Both the position numbers and the translations under genes were made by a program. The notes below the pieces were generated by a model. That model saw only the letters and a list, made by a program, of their open reading frames with translations, made no database searches and had not been told where the DNA came from. Below are positions 1 to 8,788 of a DNA stretch of 64,000 bases, in pieces. Source of the DNA: Myxococcota bacterium. GTDB lineage: Bacteria; Myxococcota_A; UBA9042; PHBI01; JAWLBL01. Each line of letters starts with the position of its first letter. Within the stretch, counting starts at the first letter, position 1. The stretch is from positions 96,001-160,000 of the forward strand of contig JAWLBL010000006.1 of the NCBI GenBank assembly GCA_041687695.1, written 5' to 3'.

Positions 1-182
1 CAGACGTGGTTGGCCTCCCAGATGGGGGCGATGGCTTGCTCCACGGCCTCGCGCTGCGGGCGCTTTCGGGGGCCCGAGGCCAGCAGATCCCACACGCCGC
101 CACCGAAGTCGGCGCCGCCGGTCAGCACGTAGGCGACGAAGCCGGCGCCCATGACCAGGAAGATGAGGGTCTCGCCGCTCAT
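1..182 (-). CDS. cydB: Cytochrome bd ubiquinol oxidase subunit II, N-terminal part (runs off the window start)
   Basis: Manual translation from ATG at 182: MSGETLIFLVMGAGFVAYVLTGGADFGGGVWDLL...IAPIWEANHVW, containing the CydB GxDFGxG and PxWEANHVW motifs. Start overlaps the cydA stop (ATGA). Confidence 0.93.
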   Translation of the reverse strand, partial: MSGETLIFLVMGAGFVAYVLTGGADFGGGVWDLLASGPRKRPQREAVEQAIAPIWEANHV

Positions 183-1603
183 GCGCCGGCTCCCGGGTGG
201 CCGGCCTCGTCGGGGACGTCGCCGCGCGGGGCGCTGAAGACGTGGGCGCGGAGCAGCAGCACCACGATGACGCCCAGGAACAGGTAGATGGCGGTCATGA
301 TCGTGAGCGGCACGACGAGGTGGGGCATGGGGGTGACCGCGTCGGCGACCTTCATGACGCCTTGGATGATCCAGGGTTGTCGGCCGACCTCCGTGACCAC
401 CCAGCCGGCCTCGAGGGCGAGCAGGCCCAGCGGAGAGGCCAGCAGGGCGGCGCGCAGGAAGGGGCGGCTGTCCGCGAGCCGGGTCTTGAGGACCAGGCGC
501 ACGAAGGCGCCCGCCAGCACCACCGCCAACATGGCGAACCCACAGGCGACCATGATCTGGAAGGCGATCTTGACGATGGGCACGGGCGGCCACAGGTCGC
601 GCGGGAAGTCCAGCAGGCCCTGGATCTCGGCGTCGAAGTCGCCCTTGCCGAGGAAGCTCAGGGCGCCCGGGAGCTCGATGGCGTAGCGCACCTCGAGCGC
701 CTCGGTGTCGGGCCAGCCGCCGAGGGTGAGCGGGGCGCGGGTGGTGGTCTCGAACAGGCCCTCGGCGGCGGCGAGCTTGAGCGGCTGGTGCTCGGCCAGG
801 TGCTTGGCGGACAGGTCGCCGCTGGCGATCTGCAGCGGCGTCGCGACGGCGGCCAGGGCGAAGGTCAGGCCCAGGGCGGCGCGGTGGAAGCGGCTCTTGG
901 GGTCGCGCAGGAGCGACCAGGCGTGGATGCCCATCACGGCGAAGGAGACGGCGACGTAGGCCGCGAGGACCATGTGGAGCGCCTGGGTGGGGAACGAGGT
1001 GGCCGAGAACGCGGTGTAGGGGTCGACGGCGGCGATGGCGCCCGTGGCGTCGACCTCGAGGCCGGTGACGGGCGGCGTGTTCATGAAGGCGTTGACCGCC
1101 ATCACCAGGACGCCACCGGCGATGCCGCTGAGGGCGATGACCCCGCCGCAAGCGAGGTGGACGGCCGGGCGCAGGCGGTCCCAGCCGTACAGGTACAGGC
1201 CCAGGAAGATGGCCTCGAGGAAGAAGGCGAAGCCCTCGAGGCTGAAGGGCAGGCCGATGAGCGGGCCGGCGTGCTCCATGAAGGCCGGCCAGAGCAGGCC
1301 GAGTTCGAAGCTGAGCACGGTGCCGCTGACCGCGCCGACCGCGAAGAGGATGGCGGTCCCCTTGGCCCAGCGGACGGCGAGATCGCGGTAGATGGCCTGC
1401 CCGGTGCGGATGAAGCGCCACTCGCTCATCACCATCAGCATGGGCATGGCCATGCCGGCGACGGCGAAGAGGATGTGGAAGCCGAGGGAGATCGCCATCT
1501 GGGTGCGGGCGGCGAGGAGATCGGTCACGCGCGGCTCCGTCGGGGCGGTCGAAGGGGCTGCGACCATAGCCTCGCGCCGGCCGCCGGACCACCTCGGGTT
1601 CAT
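179..1603 (-). CDS. cydA: Cytochrome bd ubiquinol oxidase subunit I
   Basis: C-terminal half of ORF 179..3079. Motifs ARTQMAISLGFHILF, FAVGAVSGTVLSFELG, EGFAFFLEAIFLG, QPLKLAAAEG, EAGWVVTEVGRQPW. Start chosen from the ATGA overlap at 1600-1603; alternative start 1567. Confidence 0.95.
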   Translation of the reverse strand: MNPRWSGGRREAMVAAPSTAPTEPRVTDLLAARTQMAISLGFHILFAVAGMAMPMLMVMSEWRFIRTGQAIYRDLAVRWAKGTAILFAVGAVSGTVLSFELGLLWPAFMEHAGPLIGLPFSLEGFAFFLEAIFLGLYLYGWDRLRPAVHLACGGVIALSGIAGGVLVMAVNAFMNTPPVTGLEVDATGAIAAVDPYTAFSATSFPTQALHMVLAAYVAVSFAVMGIHAWSLLRDPKSRFHRAALGLTFALAAVATPLQIASGDLSAKHLAEHQPLKLAAAEGLFETTTRAPLTLGGWPDTEALEVRYAIELPGALSFLGKGDFDAEIQGLLDFPRDLWPPVPIVKIAFQIMVACGFAMLAVVLAGAFVRLVLKTRLADSRPFLRAALLASPLGLLALEAGWVVTEVGRQPWIIQGVMKVADAVTPMPHLVVPLTIMTAIYLFLGVIVVLLLRAHVFSAPRGDVPDEAGHPGAGA

Positions 1604-2868
1604 GGTTCGGTGGGCACCTCGGGGCGAGGCGTGAAGGCGACGCGGGCGACGCGGCGCTCGTCCATGATGTCGACGCGGAAGGTGCCCCAGGGGGACTCGA
1701 TCTCGTCGCCGACGGTGGGGATGCGGCCGATCTCGCCGAAGACGAAGCCGCCGACGGTGTCGTACTCGTCCTCGGGGACCTGGGTGCCGTAGCGCTCGTT
1801 CAAGGCCCAGACCGGGACGGCGCCGTCGATGAGCACGCGGCCGTCGACCTCGACGAAGTCGGGCGGCTCGACCTCGTGCTCGTCCTGGATCTCGCCGACG
1901 ATCTCCTCGAGCAGGTCCTCGAGGGTGACCAGGCCCGCCGTGCCGCCGAACTCGTCGAGCACGATGGCCATCTTCACGCGCTGCTGGCGCATCTCGACGA
2001 TGAGCCGCTCGACCGGCTTGGACTCGGGCACGAACATGGGCGTGCGGACGATCTCGCGGACGCGCGACAGGCCGTGCGCCTCGGCGCGCCACAGCTCGCG
2101 GGCCAGCAGGATGCCGACCACCCGGTCGATGGACCCCTCGTAGACGGGCAGGCGCAGGTGGCCCTCGGCCAGCATCACGGCCTTGGCCTCGGCGACGGTC
2201 GCCTCGATGGGGATGGCCACGATGGCGGTGCGCGGTGTCATGACCATCTCGGCGGTGATCTGGTCGAGGTGCATGATGTTGGTCATGACCTGCCACTCGT
2301 TCTCGTCGAGCGTGCCCTCCTGCCGGCCGATGCTGGCGAGGACCTCGATCTCGGCGCGGCTGATGCGCGGGTCCTTGCGGCCGCGGGTCATCAGGCGCCC
2401 GAGCAGCTTGAGCGGGATGAGGACGGGCTTGAGGACGACGATCATCCAGCGCAGCGCGTGCGCGACCGGCGCCGCGAGCTGCTTGTAGTACACGGCGCCG
2501 AGGGTCTTGGGGATGATCTCCGACAGGATGAGGATGGCGAAGGTGAGCAGCGCCGAGAAGAGCGCCATCCACTGGTTGCCCAGCACCTGCAGGGCGATGG
2601 CGCCGGCCAGGGCCGCGCCGACCGTGTGCGAGATGGTGTTGAGCGTGAGGATGGCCGCGATGGGCTCGTCGATGTCCTCGCGCATCCGGGACAGGATCTC
2701 GCCGGCGCGCGAGCCGCGCTCGCGCATGACGCCGAGGTGGCCGTGCGAGACCGACAGGAGCACGGCCTCCATGACGGAGCAGGCGAACGAGACGGCCAGG
2801 GTGATCGCGATGACGGCGAGCAGGGTGGTCATGGTGGGTCGGTGGGTGTCCTCGGTCGTGTCCTGCAC
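1600..2868 (-). CDS. CNNM/hemolysin-family membrane protein (DUF21 + CBS pair + CorC_HlyC domain)
   Basis: SFACSVMEAVLLS, LSEIIPKTLG, VMTPR, HLRLPVY, IVLDEFGGTAGLVTLEDLLEEIVGEIQDEHE, YDTVGGFV. Start may be 2832. Confidence 0.92.
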   Translation of the reverse strand: MQDTTEDTHRPTMTTLLAVIAITLAVSFACSVMEAVLLSVSHGHLGVMRERGSRAGEILSRMREDIDEPIAAILTLNTISHTVGAALAGAIALQVLGNQWMALFSALLTFAILILSEIIPKTLGAVYYKQLAAPVAHALRWMIVVLKPVLIPLKLLGRLMTRGRKDPRISRAEIEVLASIGRQEGTLDENEWQVMTNIMHLDQITAEMVMTPRTAIVAIPIEATVAEAKAVMLAEGHLRLPVYEGSIDRVVGILLARELWRAEAHGLSRVREIVRTPMFVPESKPVERLIVEMRQQRVKMAIVLDEFGGTAGLVTLEDLLEEIVGEIQDEHEVEPPDFVEVDGRVLIDGAVPVWALNERYGTQVPEDEYDTVGGFVFGEIGRIPTVGDEIESPWGTFRVDIMDERRVARVAFTPRPEVPTEP

Positions 2869-3162
2869 AGGCTAGGCACGCCAGATGCGGCCGGCCACCG
2901 AGGCGCGGTCCCTTGGTCGGCAGGGGCGGCGCCTTGTCACGACCGGATGGCCGGGCCATGCTGAGGGCGCCTCGGCCGTCGCGCCGCGCGCCCGCACCGA
3001 TGGGCTCGCGCGCGCCGCGCCTCGGCGACGCCGGAATGGCCACCGGGCCGGGCGTCGTTGCACTCGTTGTACGACCCATGCCCGATTCACCCGGCGCGTT
3101 CGACGACGCACCGCGCTCCAGCCCGGGGGGAACCGCCCGGGGCCGACGGTCCGCCTTCGCCC

Positions 3163-4986
3163 ATGCAAGACCCGCAGCACGACGCCAAGCCGCGCATCCT
3201 CGTCGTCGAGGACGAGGCCGTGGTGCGCAAGATCCTGGTGGCCGCCCTCAAGGCGACCGGCGCCTACGAGGTGCTCGAGGCCGAGGACGGACTGGCCGCG
3301 CGCGAGCTGCTGGCGGCGCGGCCCGCGGCCGCCCCCGTCGACGTGGTCGTCACCGACGTGATGATGCCGCGCATGGACGGCCTGGCCCTGATGGAGTGGG
3401 CGCGCGAGCACGTGTCCGAGACGACGTTCATCATCCGCTCGGGCGTCGACACCTTCGACACGGCGCTCAAGGCCTTGCACCTGGGGGCCTTCGACTTCGT
3501 GTCCAAGGCCGGGCAGTCCAACCAGGAGCTGGTCGTCACGGTGCGCAACGCCGTCGCGCAGCGGCGCCTCGTGCAGGATCGCCAGCGCCTGACGACCGAG
3601 CTGGCCGCCAAGAACGAGCGCCTGCGGGAGCAGGTCGTCCAGCTCGAGCGCGTCGTCAGGCTGCTCAACGAGCAGGCCGAGATCATCCGCAACGATCTGC
3701 GGCGCGCCGAGCGCATCCAGCGCGTGCTGCTGCCGTGCGGTGCGCCCGAGGTCGAGGGGCTCTCGTTCGCGGGCGTCTACCGGCCCAGCCACAACGTCGG
3801 CGGCGACTTCTACGACATCCAGCGCCTGGACTCGCGCTACGTCGCCATCATGATGGCCGACGCGGCGGGCCACGGCGTCAGCGCCGCCATGCTGACCGTG
3901 CTGTTCAAGCACCGGCTGAACCTGCGGCTCGAGGGCAAGCGCCCGCGCCCGCCGTCGGACGTCTTGTGCCGGGTCAACCGCGCCCTGTTCCAGGAGTGCG
4001 CGGGCTCGGGGCTGTTCGTGACCGCGGTCTACGGGCTGCTCGACACCAAGACGCGCGAGCTGGTGCTGGCGTCGGCCGGACACACCCCGGTGGCCTTCCA
4101 GGCGCAGGGCAAGCTGCACTTCGTCGAGCGGACGGGGCCGGCGCTGGGCGTCGAGCGCGACGCGGTCTTCTCGGAGCGGCACCTGTGGCTGCGCGAGGGC
4201 GACCGCCTGCTGCTGTACACCGACGGGCTGGACGACCCCGACCGGACGCGCTGTCCGCTGGCGAGCGAGCTGGTGGCGCGCGAGCTGCTCGAGGGCGACC
4301 GGCAGGGGTACGACGCGCTGATGCACCTTCTGAAGACGGCGGGCGGCGAGCCGGACGGCGAGTGCGAGGCCGGGCTCGAGGACGACGTCACCATGCTGCT
4401 CATCTCGGCGACCGAGGGGCCGTCGGTCCTGGACAACGGCCAGGACCGGGCCGAGTGCGCGGTGCTGACGAGCGCCAACCACGCCGCGGTGCAGAAGGGG
4501 CGGGCGGACGGCGCGACCTACCTGACGGTCGCGGGCCGCGGCACCTGGGTGCTGGCCGACGCCTTCCGCGACGAGGCCATGGCCGCGCTCGAGGAGGGCG
4601 ACGCGCTGGTCGTGGACCTGTCCGAGTGCAACTACCTGGACAGCACCTTCCTGGGGACGCTGCAGGAGATCGTCTCGCGCGGCGACGAGCGCGGCCAGTC
4701 GGTGCGGCTCCAGGGCGTGTCGGCGCCCATCCGGCGCCTGTTCGACGAGCTGTTCATGGGCCGGGTCGTGGCGCACGTGTCGCAGTCGGTGCGGCCGCTG
4801 CCGGAGGGGCTCGAGCGCCTCGACGAGCACCGCGAGAGCAGCGAGCGGATGCAGCGGCGCATCCTGGACGCGCACCAGCGCCTGGCGTCGCTGAGCGACC
4901 GCAACCGCGAGCAGTTCGCGCAGGTCATCGACGCGCTCCGCGCCGAGCTCGACGGCGAGCCCGGCGCGAAGGGCGACCGTCAGTAG
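3163..4986 (+). CDS. Receiver + SpoIIE/PP2C phosphatase + STAS fusion protein
   Basis: REC (ILVVEDE...DVMMPRMDG...FDFVSK), coiled coil, PP2C (VGGDFYD, MADAAGHG, SAGH, LLLYTDGL, EDDVT), STAS (VDLSECNYLDSTFLGTL). ATG at 3163 is in frame with ORF 3058..4986. Confidence 0.9.
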   Translation: MQDPQHDAKPRILVVEDEAVVRKILVAALKATGAYEVLEAEDGLAARELLAARPAAAPVDVVVTDVMMPRMDGLALMEWAREHVSETTFIIRSGVDTFDTALKALHLGAFDFVSKAGQSNQELVVTVRNAVAQRRLVQDRQRLTTELAAKNERLREQVVQLERVVRLLNEQAEIIRNDLRRAERIQRVLLPCGAPEVEGLSFAGVYRPSHNVGGDFYDIQRLDSRYVAIMMADAAGHGVSAAMLTVLFKHRLNLRLEGKRPRPPSDVLCRVNRALFQECAGSGLFVTAVYGLLDTKTRELVLASAGHTPVAFQAQGKLHFVERTGPALGVERDAVFSERHLWLREGDRLLLYTDGLDDPDRTRCPLASELVARELLEGDRQGYDALMHLLKTAGGEPDGECEAGLEDDVTMLLISATEGPSVLDNGQDRAECAVLTSANHAAVQKGRADGATYLTVAGRGTWVLADAFRDEAMAALEEGDALVVDLSECNYLDSTFLGTLQEIVSRGDERGQSVRLQGVSAPIRRLFDELFMGRVVAHVSQSVRPLPEGLERLDEHRESSERMQRRILDAHQRLASLSDRNREQFAQVIDALRAELDGEPGAKGDRQ

Positions 4987-6569
4987 TCGAGGCAGTCGAC
5001 GACGTCGACCTGGTACTGGATGGTCTGGGCGAGGCCGGTGACGGTCACGTCGTAGACCATGCCCGCCTCCATCTTCCAGCCGGAGGGCTTGAAGGACAGG
5101 GCGTACTTGCTGCCGTAGTTGGCGGCGAGGACGGTCTTGGTGACGGGCAGGGCGACGCCGTCGGCGCTGACCGCGACCTGGGCCTTGGTCAGGTCGATGG
5201 AGTCGCTCTGGATGGACCAGGCGGTCTTGTCGAGGGTGCTCCAGCCGGCCGCGTTGGCCTCGATGGGGAAGGGGCCGGGCGGCGGCCAGGCGACCCAGTC
5301 GGCGCCGGCCTTGCCCGAGCCGGACAGGACCCACATGCACGAGTAGTCGTCGGTCGAGCCGAGGCCGATGGGGCCCAGGGCGTTCGACAGGATCCAGCGG
5401 CGGTGACCGAGGGTGGTCGCGTTGCCCGGGTCGACCATGTACAGGTCGACGGCGATGACGCCGGGGGTGGTGGCGATGTTGCTCTTGCCGGCGGCGGCTG
5501 CGCCCGTGCTGGAGTAGCACTTCCAGCTGCTGGGCGGCGTGTGGGTGATGGTGCCGTTGGCGTGCATCATCAGGGCGCACTGCTGGGCGGCGTCGTTGCG
5601 GGTCGGGTCGGTGGTGACCGGCGGCAGGCCGGCGAGCCAGCGGAACAGGTTGACCTGGCGCAGGGCGGTGTCGCGGGCGGAAGGGGAGATGGCGCCGGCG
5701 TTGCAGGTGGTGGCGCTGCCGGACCAGGTGCCCTCGTCGAGGTCGGCGCGGTCGGCGTTCCAGCGGGCGCACATGGCGGCGGCGGGGTCGTCGTCCGGGG
5801 CGGGGCCGGGGTCGGGCGAGGCGTCGGCGGTGGCGTCGGCGTCGGGGCCGGTGTCCACGGACATGTCCAGGGAGACGTCGGTGGTGTCGGAGGCCGTGTC
5901 GGAGGCCGTGTCGGAGGCCGTGTCGGTGGCCGTGTCGGTGGCCGTGTCCTTGGCCGTGTCCGAGGCGGTGTCGGTGGCCGTGTCGGTGGCCGTGTCTGTA
6001 GCCGTGTCCGTGGCCGTGTCGGTCGCCGTGTCCACGGCCGTGTCCGGAGCTGTGTCGGGGGCCGTGTCCGAGGCCGCCGAATCATTCGCATCTTCGTCGC
6101 GCGGGTCGAAAGCGTCGGTGGCGTGCGAATCGCTCTCGCGAGCGTCGCCATGGTCATTCGCAGATTGCGAATCGCCGTGGCGAGCGTCGCCATCATCATT
6201 CGCAATCTGCGAATCGCCGTGGCGAGCGTCGCCATGGTCATTCGCAATCTGCGAATCGCCGTGGCGAGCGTCGTCATGGTCATTCGCAATCTGCGAATCG
6301 CCGTGGCGAGCGTCGCCATCGTCATTCGCAATCTGCGAATCGCCCGCGCGAGTGTCGCCATCGTCATTCGCGTCCCGCGCGTCGCCTTCGCGGGTGTCGA
6401 CAGCGTCGTCGGAGGCGCTCGAGTCGGGCTCGGGGAGGGCGTCGGGGTCGCCGGGGGGGAGCTCGGTCGCCTTGGTGTCGGCGGTCGCGTCGGCGAGGGG
6501 GAGGGGGGGCTCGGTGTTGCAGCCGGCGAGGGCCGCGAGGAGGGTCAGCGCAAGGGCGCGCATCGGCAT
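4980..6569 (-). CDS. Lipoprotein with long Asp/Thr-rich repeat linker and C-terminal CAP (SCP-like) domain
   Basis: Lipobox LAGC. CAP-like core VNLFRWLAGL...AQQCALMM...ITH...SNIA...DPGNATTLGHRRWILS. Confidence 0.85.
   Translation of the reverse strand: MPMRALALTLLAALAGCNTEPPLPLADATADTKATELPPGDPDALPEPDSSASDDAVDTREGDARDANDDGDTRAGDSQIANDDGDARHGDSQIANDHDDARHGDSQIANDHGDARHGDSQIANDDGDARHGDSQSANDHGDARESDSHATDAFDPRDEDANDSAASDTAPDTAPDTAVDTATDTATDTATDTATDTATDTASDTAKDTATDTATDTASDTASDTASDTTDVSLDMSVDTGPDADATADASPDPGPAPDDDPAAAMCARWNADRADLDEGTWSGSATTCNAGAISPSARDTALRQVNLFRWLAGLPPVTTDPTRNDAAQQCALMMHANGTITHTPPSSWKCYSSTGAAAAGKSNIATTPGVIAVDLYMVDPGNATTLGHRRWILSNALGPIGLGSTDDYSCMWVLSGSGKAGADWVAWPPPGPFPIEANAAGWSTLDKTAWSIQSDSIDLTKAQVAVSADGVALPVTKTVLAANYGSKYALSFKPSGWKMEAGMVYDVTVTGLAQTIQYQVDVVDCLDY
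5880..6075. repeat. 12-bp tandem repeats encoding (TATD/TASD)n
   Basis: Repeated GGCCGTGTCGGT/GGA-type units inside the CAP gene. Boundaries approximate. Confidence 0.85.
6124..6371. repeat. 42-bp palindromic tandem repeat array encoding (DGDARHGDSQIAND)n
   Basis: Hairpin ATTCGCA-N3-TGCGAAT recurs at 6156, 6198, 6240, 6282 and 6324 (42-bp period). Confidence 0.9.
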
Positions 6570-6602
6570 GCTGGGGAGCGCTCCGTGGAGCGGCGCCTGG
6601 GG

Positions 6603-7595
6603 TCAGGCGCCGGCGCAGTCCACGACCTCGACCCGGTAGCTGATGGTCGCGCCCGCGCCGGTCACGACCACGTCGTAGGCCCGGCCGGCCTGCATCACCC
6701 ACCCGGAGGGCGTGAACGAGAGGGCGTGCTTGCTGCCGAAGTTGGCGGCCAGCACGGTGGTCGTGACGGGCAGCGGCTGCCCGCCCGAGGTGACGGTGAC
6801 CTGGGCCTGGGACAGGTCCAGCGAGTCGCTCTGCAGCGACCAGCCGGTCTGGTCCAGCGAGGTCCAGCCGAGGTGGGCGGCCTGGATGGGGAAGGGGCCC
6901 GGCGGGGGCCAGGCGGTCCAGTCGGCGCCGGCCTGGCCGCTGCCGCTCAGGACCCACAGGCACGAGTACGCGTCGGTCGAGCCGACGCCCACCGGGCCGA
7001 GCGAGTTGGACAGGATCCAGCGGCGGTGGCCCAGCGTCGTCGCGTTGCCGGGGTCGACCATGTACAGCGGGACCGCGGCGACGGCGGGCGTCGTCGCGAG
7101 GTTGCTCTTGCCGGCCGCCTGGGAACCCAGCGACGACCAGCAGTCCCAGGACTGCGGTGGGCCGTGGGACAGCGCGTCGTTGGCGTGCATCACCAGGGCG
7201 CAGGCCTGCGCGGCGGCGTCCCGCTCGCCCGAGCGCGTGACCGGGGGGAGGCTGGCCAGCTCGCGGTACAGGTTCACCAGCGCCAGCGCGCCTTCGCGGC
7301 CCGCCTCGCCCAACGCGCCCGCGTCGCAGGTGGCGACGTCGCCGGTCCAGGCGCCCTCGCTCACGGCGCCGGTGACCTGGCTCCAGCGCGCGCAGACCGC
7401 CTCGGCGTCGCCGCCGCCGACCGCCGAATCACCGGCCCCGCCGTCGTCTGGCGCGCCGACCTCGGGGGCGTCCTTCGCGTCGGGGCCCCAGCCGTCCGGC
7501 CACGCGCCGAGCCCGCCGCCCCCCGGGGCGTCGCAGGCTGCCAGCGCGCCCGCCACCGCCAGCACCCGGCCAAGCTCGTTCCACGTCGCGCGCAT
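6603..7595 (-). CDS. CAP (SCP-like) domain lipoprotein, paralog of the adjacent gene
   Basis: Lipobox LAAC. Shares the identical block LYMVDPGNATTLGHRRWILSN and WPPPGPFPI with 4980..6569. Alternative start 7625. Confidence 0.85.
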   Translation of the reverse strand: MRATWNELGRVLAVAGALAACDAPGGGGLGAWPDGWGPDAKDAPEVGAPDDGGAGDSAVGGGDAEAVCARWSQVTGAVSEGAWTGDVATCDAGALGEAGREGALALVNLYRELASLPPVTRSGERDAAAQACALVMHANDALSHGPPQSWDCWSSLGSQAAGKSNLATTPAVAAVPLYMVDPGNATTLGHRRWILSNSLGPVGVGSTDAYSCLWVLSGSGQAGADWTAWPPPGPFPIQAAHLGWTSLDQTGWSLQSDSLDLSQAQVTVTSGGQPLPVTTTVLAANFGSKHALSFTPSGWVMQAGRAYDVVVTGAGATISYRVEVVDCAGA

Positions 7596-7731
7596 GGGCC
7601 CTCCCGGCGCGCCGAGAGCGTCCATCGCCCCGGCGCGGTCCAGGCAACCTACCCGCGCGCGGCCCCGCGGCGGAAGCTACGGGATCGTGCAATGCAGTAA
7701 AAACGAAGACTTGGAGGGCTCGGACGGCGGG

Positions 7732-8460
7732 TCAGCGGACGTCGAAGGCCAGGGTGCGCAGGAGGACGCCGTCGGCGTCGAGGAGGTCGACCGTCCAGGC
7801 GCCCGCGTCCTTGGGGCCCATCTTCTTGCGCGACCAGGTGCGCCAGTGCGGGCTCTTCTTGACCTGCAGATCGATGCGCCACTTCTCGGCGCCGTCGCGC
7901 TTCCAGACCATGGTGACGGTGGTCGGCTCGCCGTCGTACTTGACGTTGACGTAGGCCCACACCTCTCCGACGTCGAGGCCGAACGCGCTGGAGACGCCCA
8001 CCGGGGCGCGCTGCTCGACGCCGGTGCCGGCGGACAGCTCGAGGATCTCGAAGGCGTAGGCGCTGTCGCCGCTGGGCGCCGGCTGGGCGGGCGGCGGCGT
8101 CGGCGCGGGGGCGGCGGGCGCCTCGGCGGCCGTGGGCTCGGGCGCCGGCTCGGGGGCCTGGGCGGCGGCCGGCGCGGCCGACGGGGCCGAGGGCTGGGCC
8201 GCCGGGGCCGGGGGCGGGGTCGGCGGGGCGGCGGGCGCGGGCCGGGCGGGCTGGGGCTCGGGCTCGGCGGCGACCTGGGCGGAGGGGGCGGGCGGGCGGA
8301 CCGGCTCGAGGCGGGTCGTGTCGATGGTCGGGAGCGCCGCCGGGGTCGGGCTGGGGGCGACCGGCTCGGCGGCCTCGGGGGCGGCGGCGGGCTGGGCGTC
8401 CTTGTTGTCACAGGCGGCGAGGGTGCAGGCGAGGGCGAGGGCCAGCGCGACGAGACGCAT
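7732..8460 (-). CDS. Lipoprotein with Pro/Ala linker and C-terminal DUF2914-like domain
   Basis: MRLVALALALACTLAAC lipobox with AGGAG RBS. C-terminus GVEQRAPVG...VWKRDG...WRTWSRK...GAWTVD. Confidence 0.8.
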   Translation of the reverse strand: MRLVALALALACTLAACDNKDAQPAAAPEAAEPVAPSPTPAALPTIDTTRLEPVRPPAPSAQVAAEPEPQPARPAPAAPPTPPPAPAAQPSAPSAAPAAAQAPEPAPEPTAAEAPAAPAPTPPPAQPAPSGDSAYAFEILELSAGTGVEQRAPVGVSSAFGLDVGEVWAYVNVKYDGEPTTVTMVWKRDGAEKWRIDLQVKKSPHWRTWSRKKMGPKDAGAWTVDLLDADGVLLRTLAFDVR

Positions 8461-8545
8461 GGGAGGCTCCTGAGGACGAGGTAGGTGCGTGGTGGTGGCG
8501 TGGGGGCCGCGCTCGGTCGGTCGCGGCGGGACGGAGCGGCGTGTC

Positions 8546-8561
8546 AGCAAGTCCCGTGCCA
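8546..8561 (-). promoter_or_regulatory. Sigma54 (RpoN) -24/-12 promoter
   Basis: Minus strand reads TGGCACGGGACTTGCT, matching TGGCAC-N5-TTGCW, 85 nt upstream of the 8460 start. Confidence 0.8.
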
Positions 8562-8788
8562 GCGCCCGGGAGCCCGGCGGCGGTGGAGGTGCCGATGGTG
8601 GCGGCGAGCGCCCGTGTCCCCCAGGACACGGAGCCGTGTCAACGCCGGTCGCGAGCGAGTCGGTTCGTACGCGACGACGCCCTGCGCGTCTCGCTGCAGC
8701 GCACACCCCCTGGTCGCCTGCAGGCTTGAGCCCGTCGGCCGCTTGCGCGAACATCCCGGGCCATCCAACGACTCCGCTGCGAGGTCCC

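Noticed and set aside
179..3079. 966-aa CydA with a long N-terminal extension
   Set aside because: The extension is an off-frame read through the CNNM gene; CydA similarity begins only near 1520.
6124..6371. Palindromic repeats at regular spacing as a CRISPR array
   Set aside because: The intervening sequences are near-identical rather than unique spacers, the array is in frame within a CDS, and no cas genes are present.
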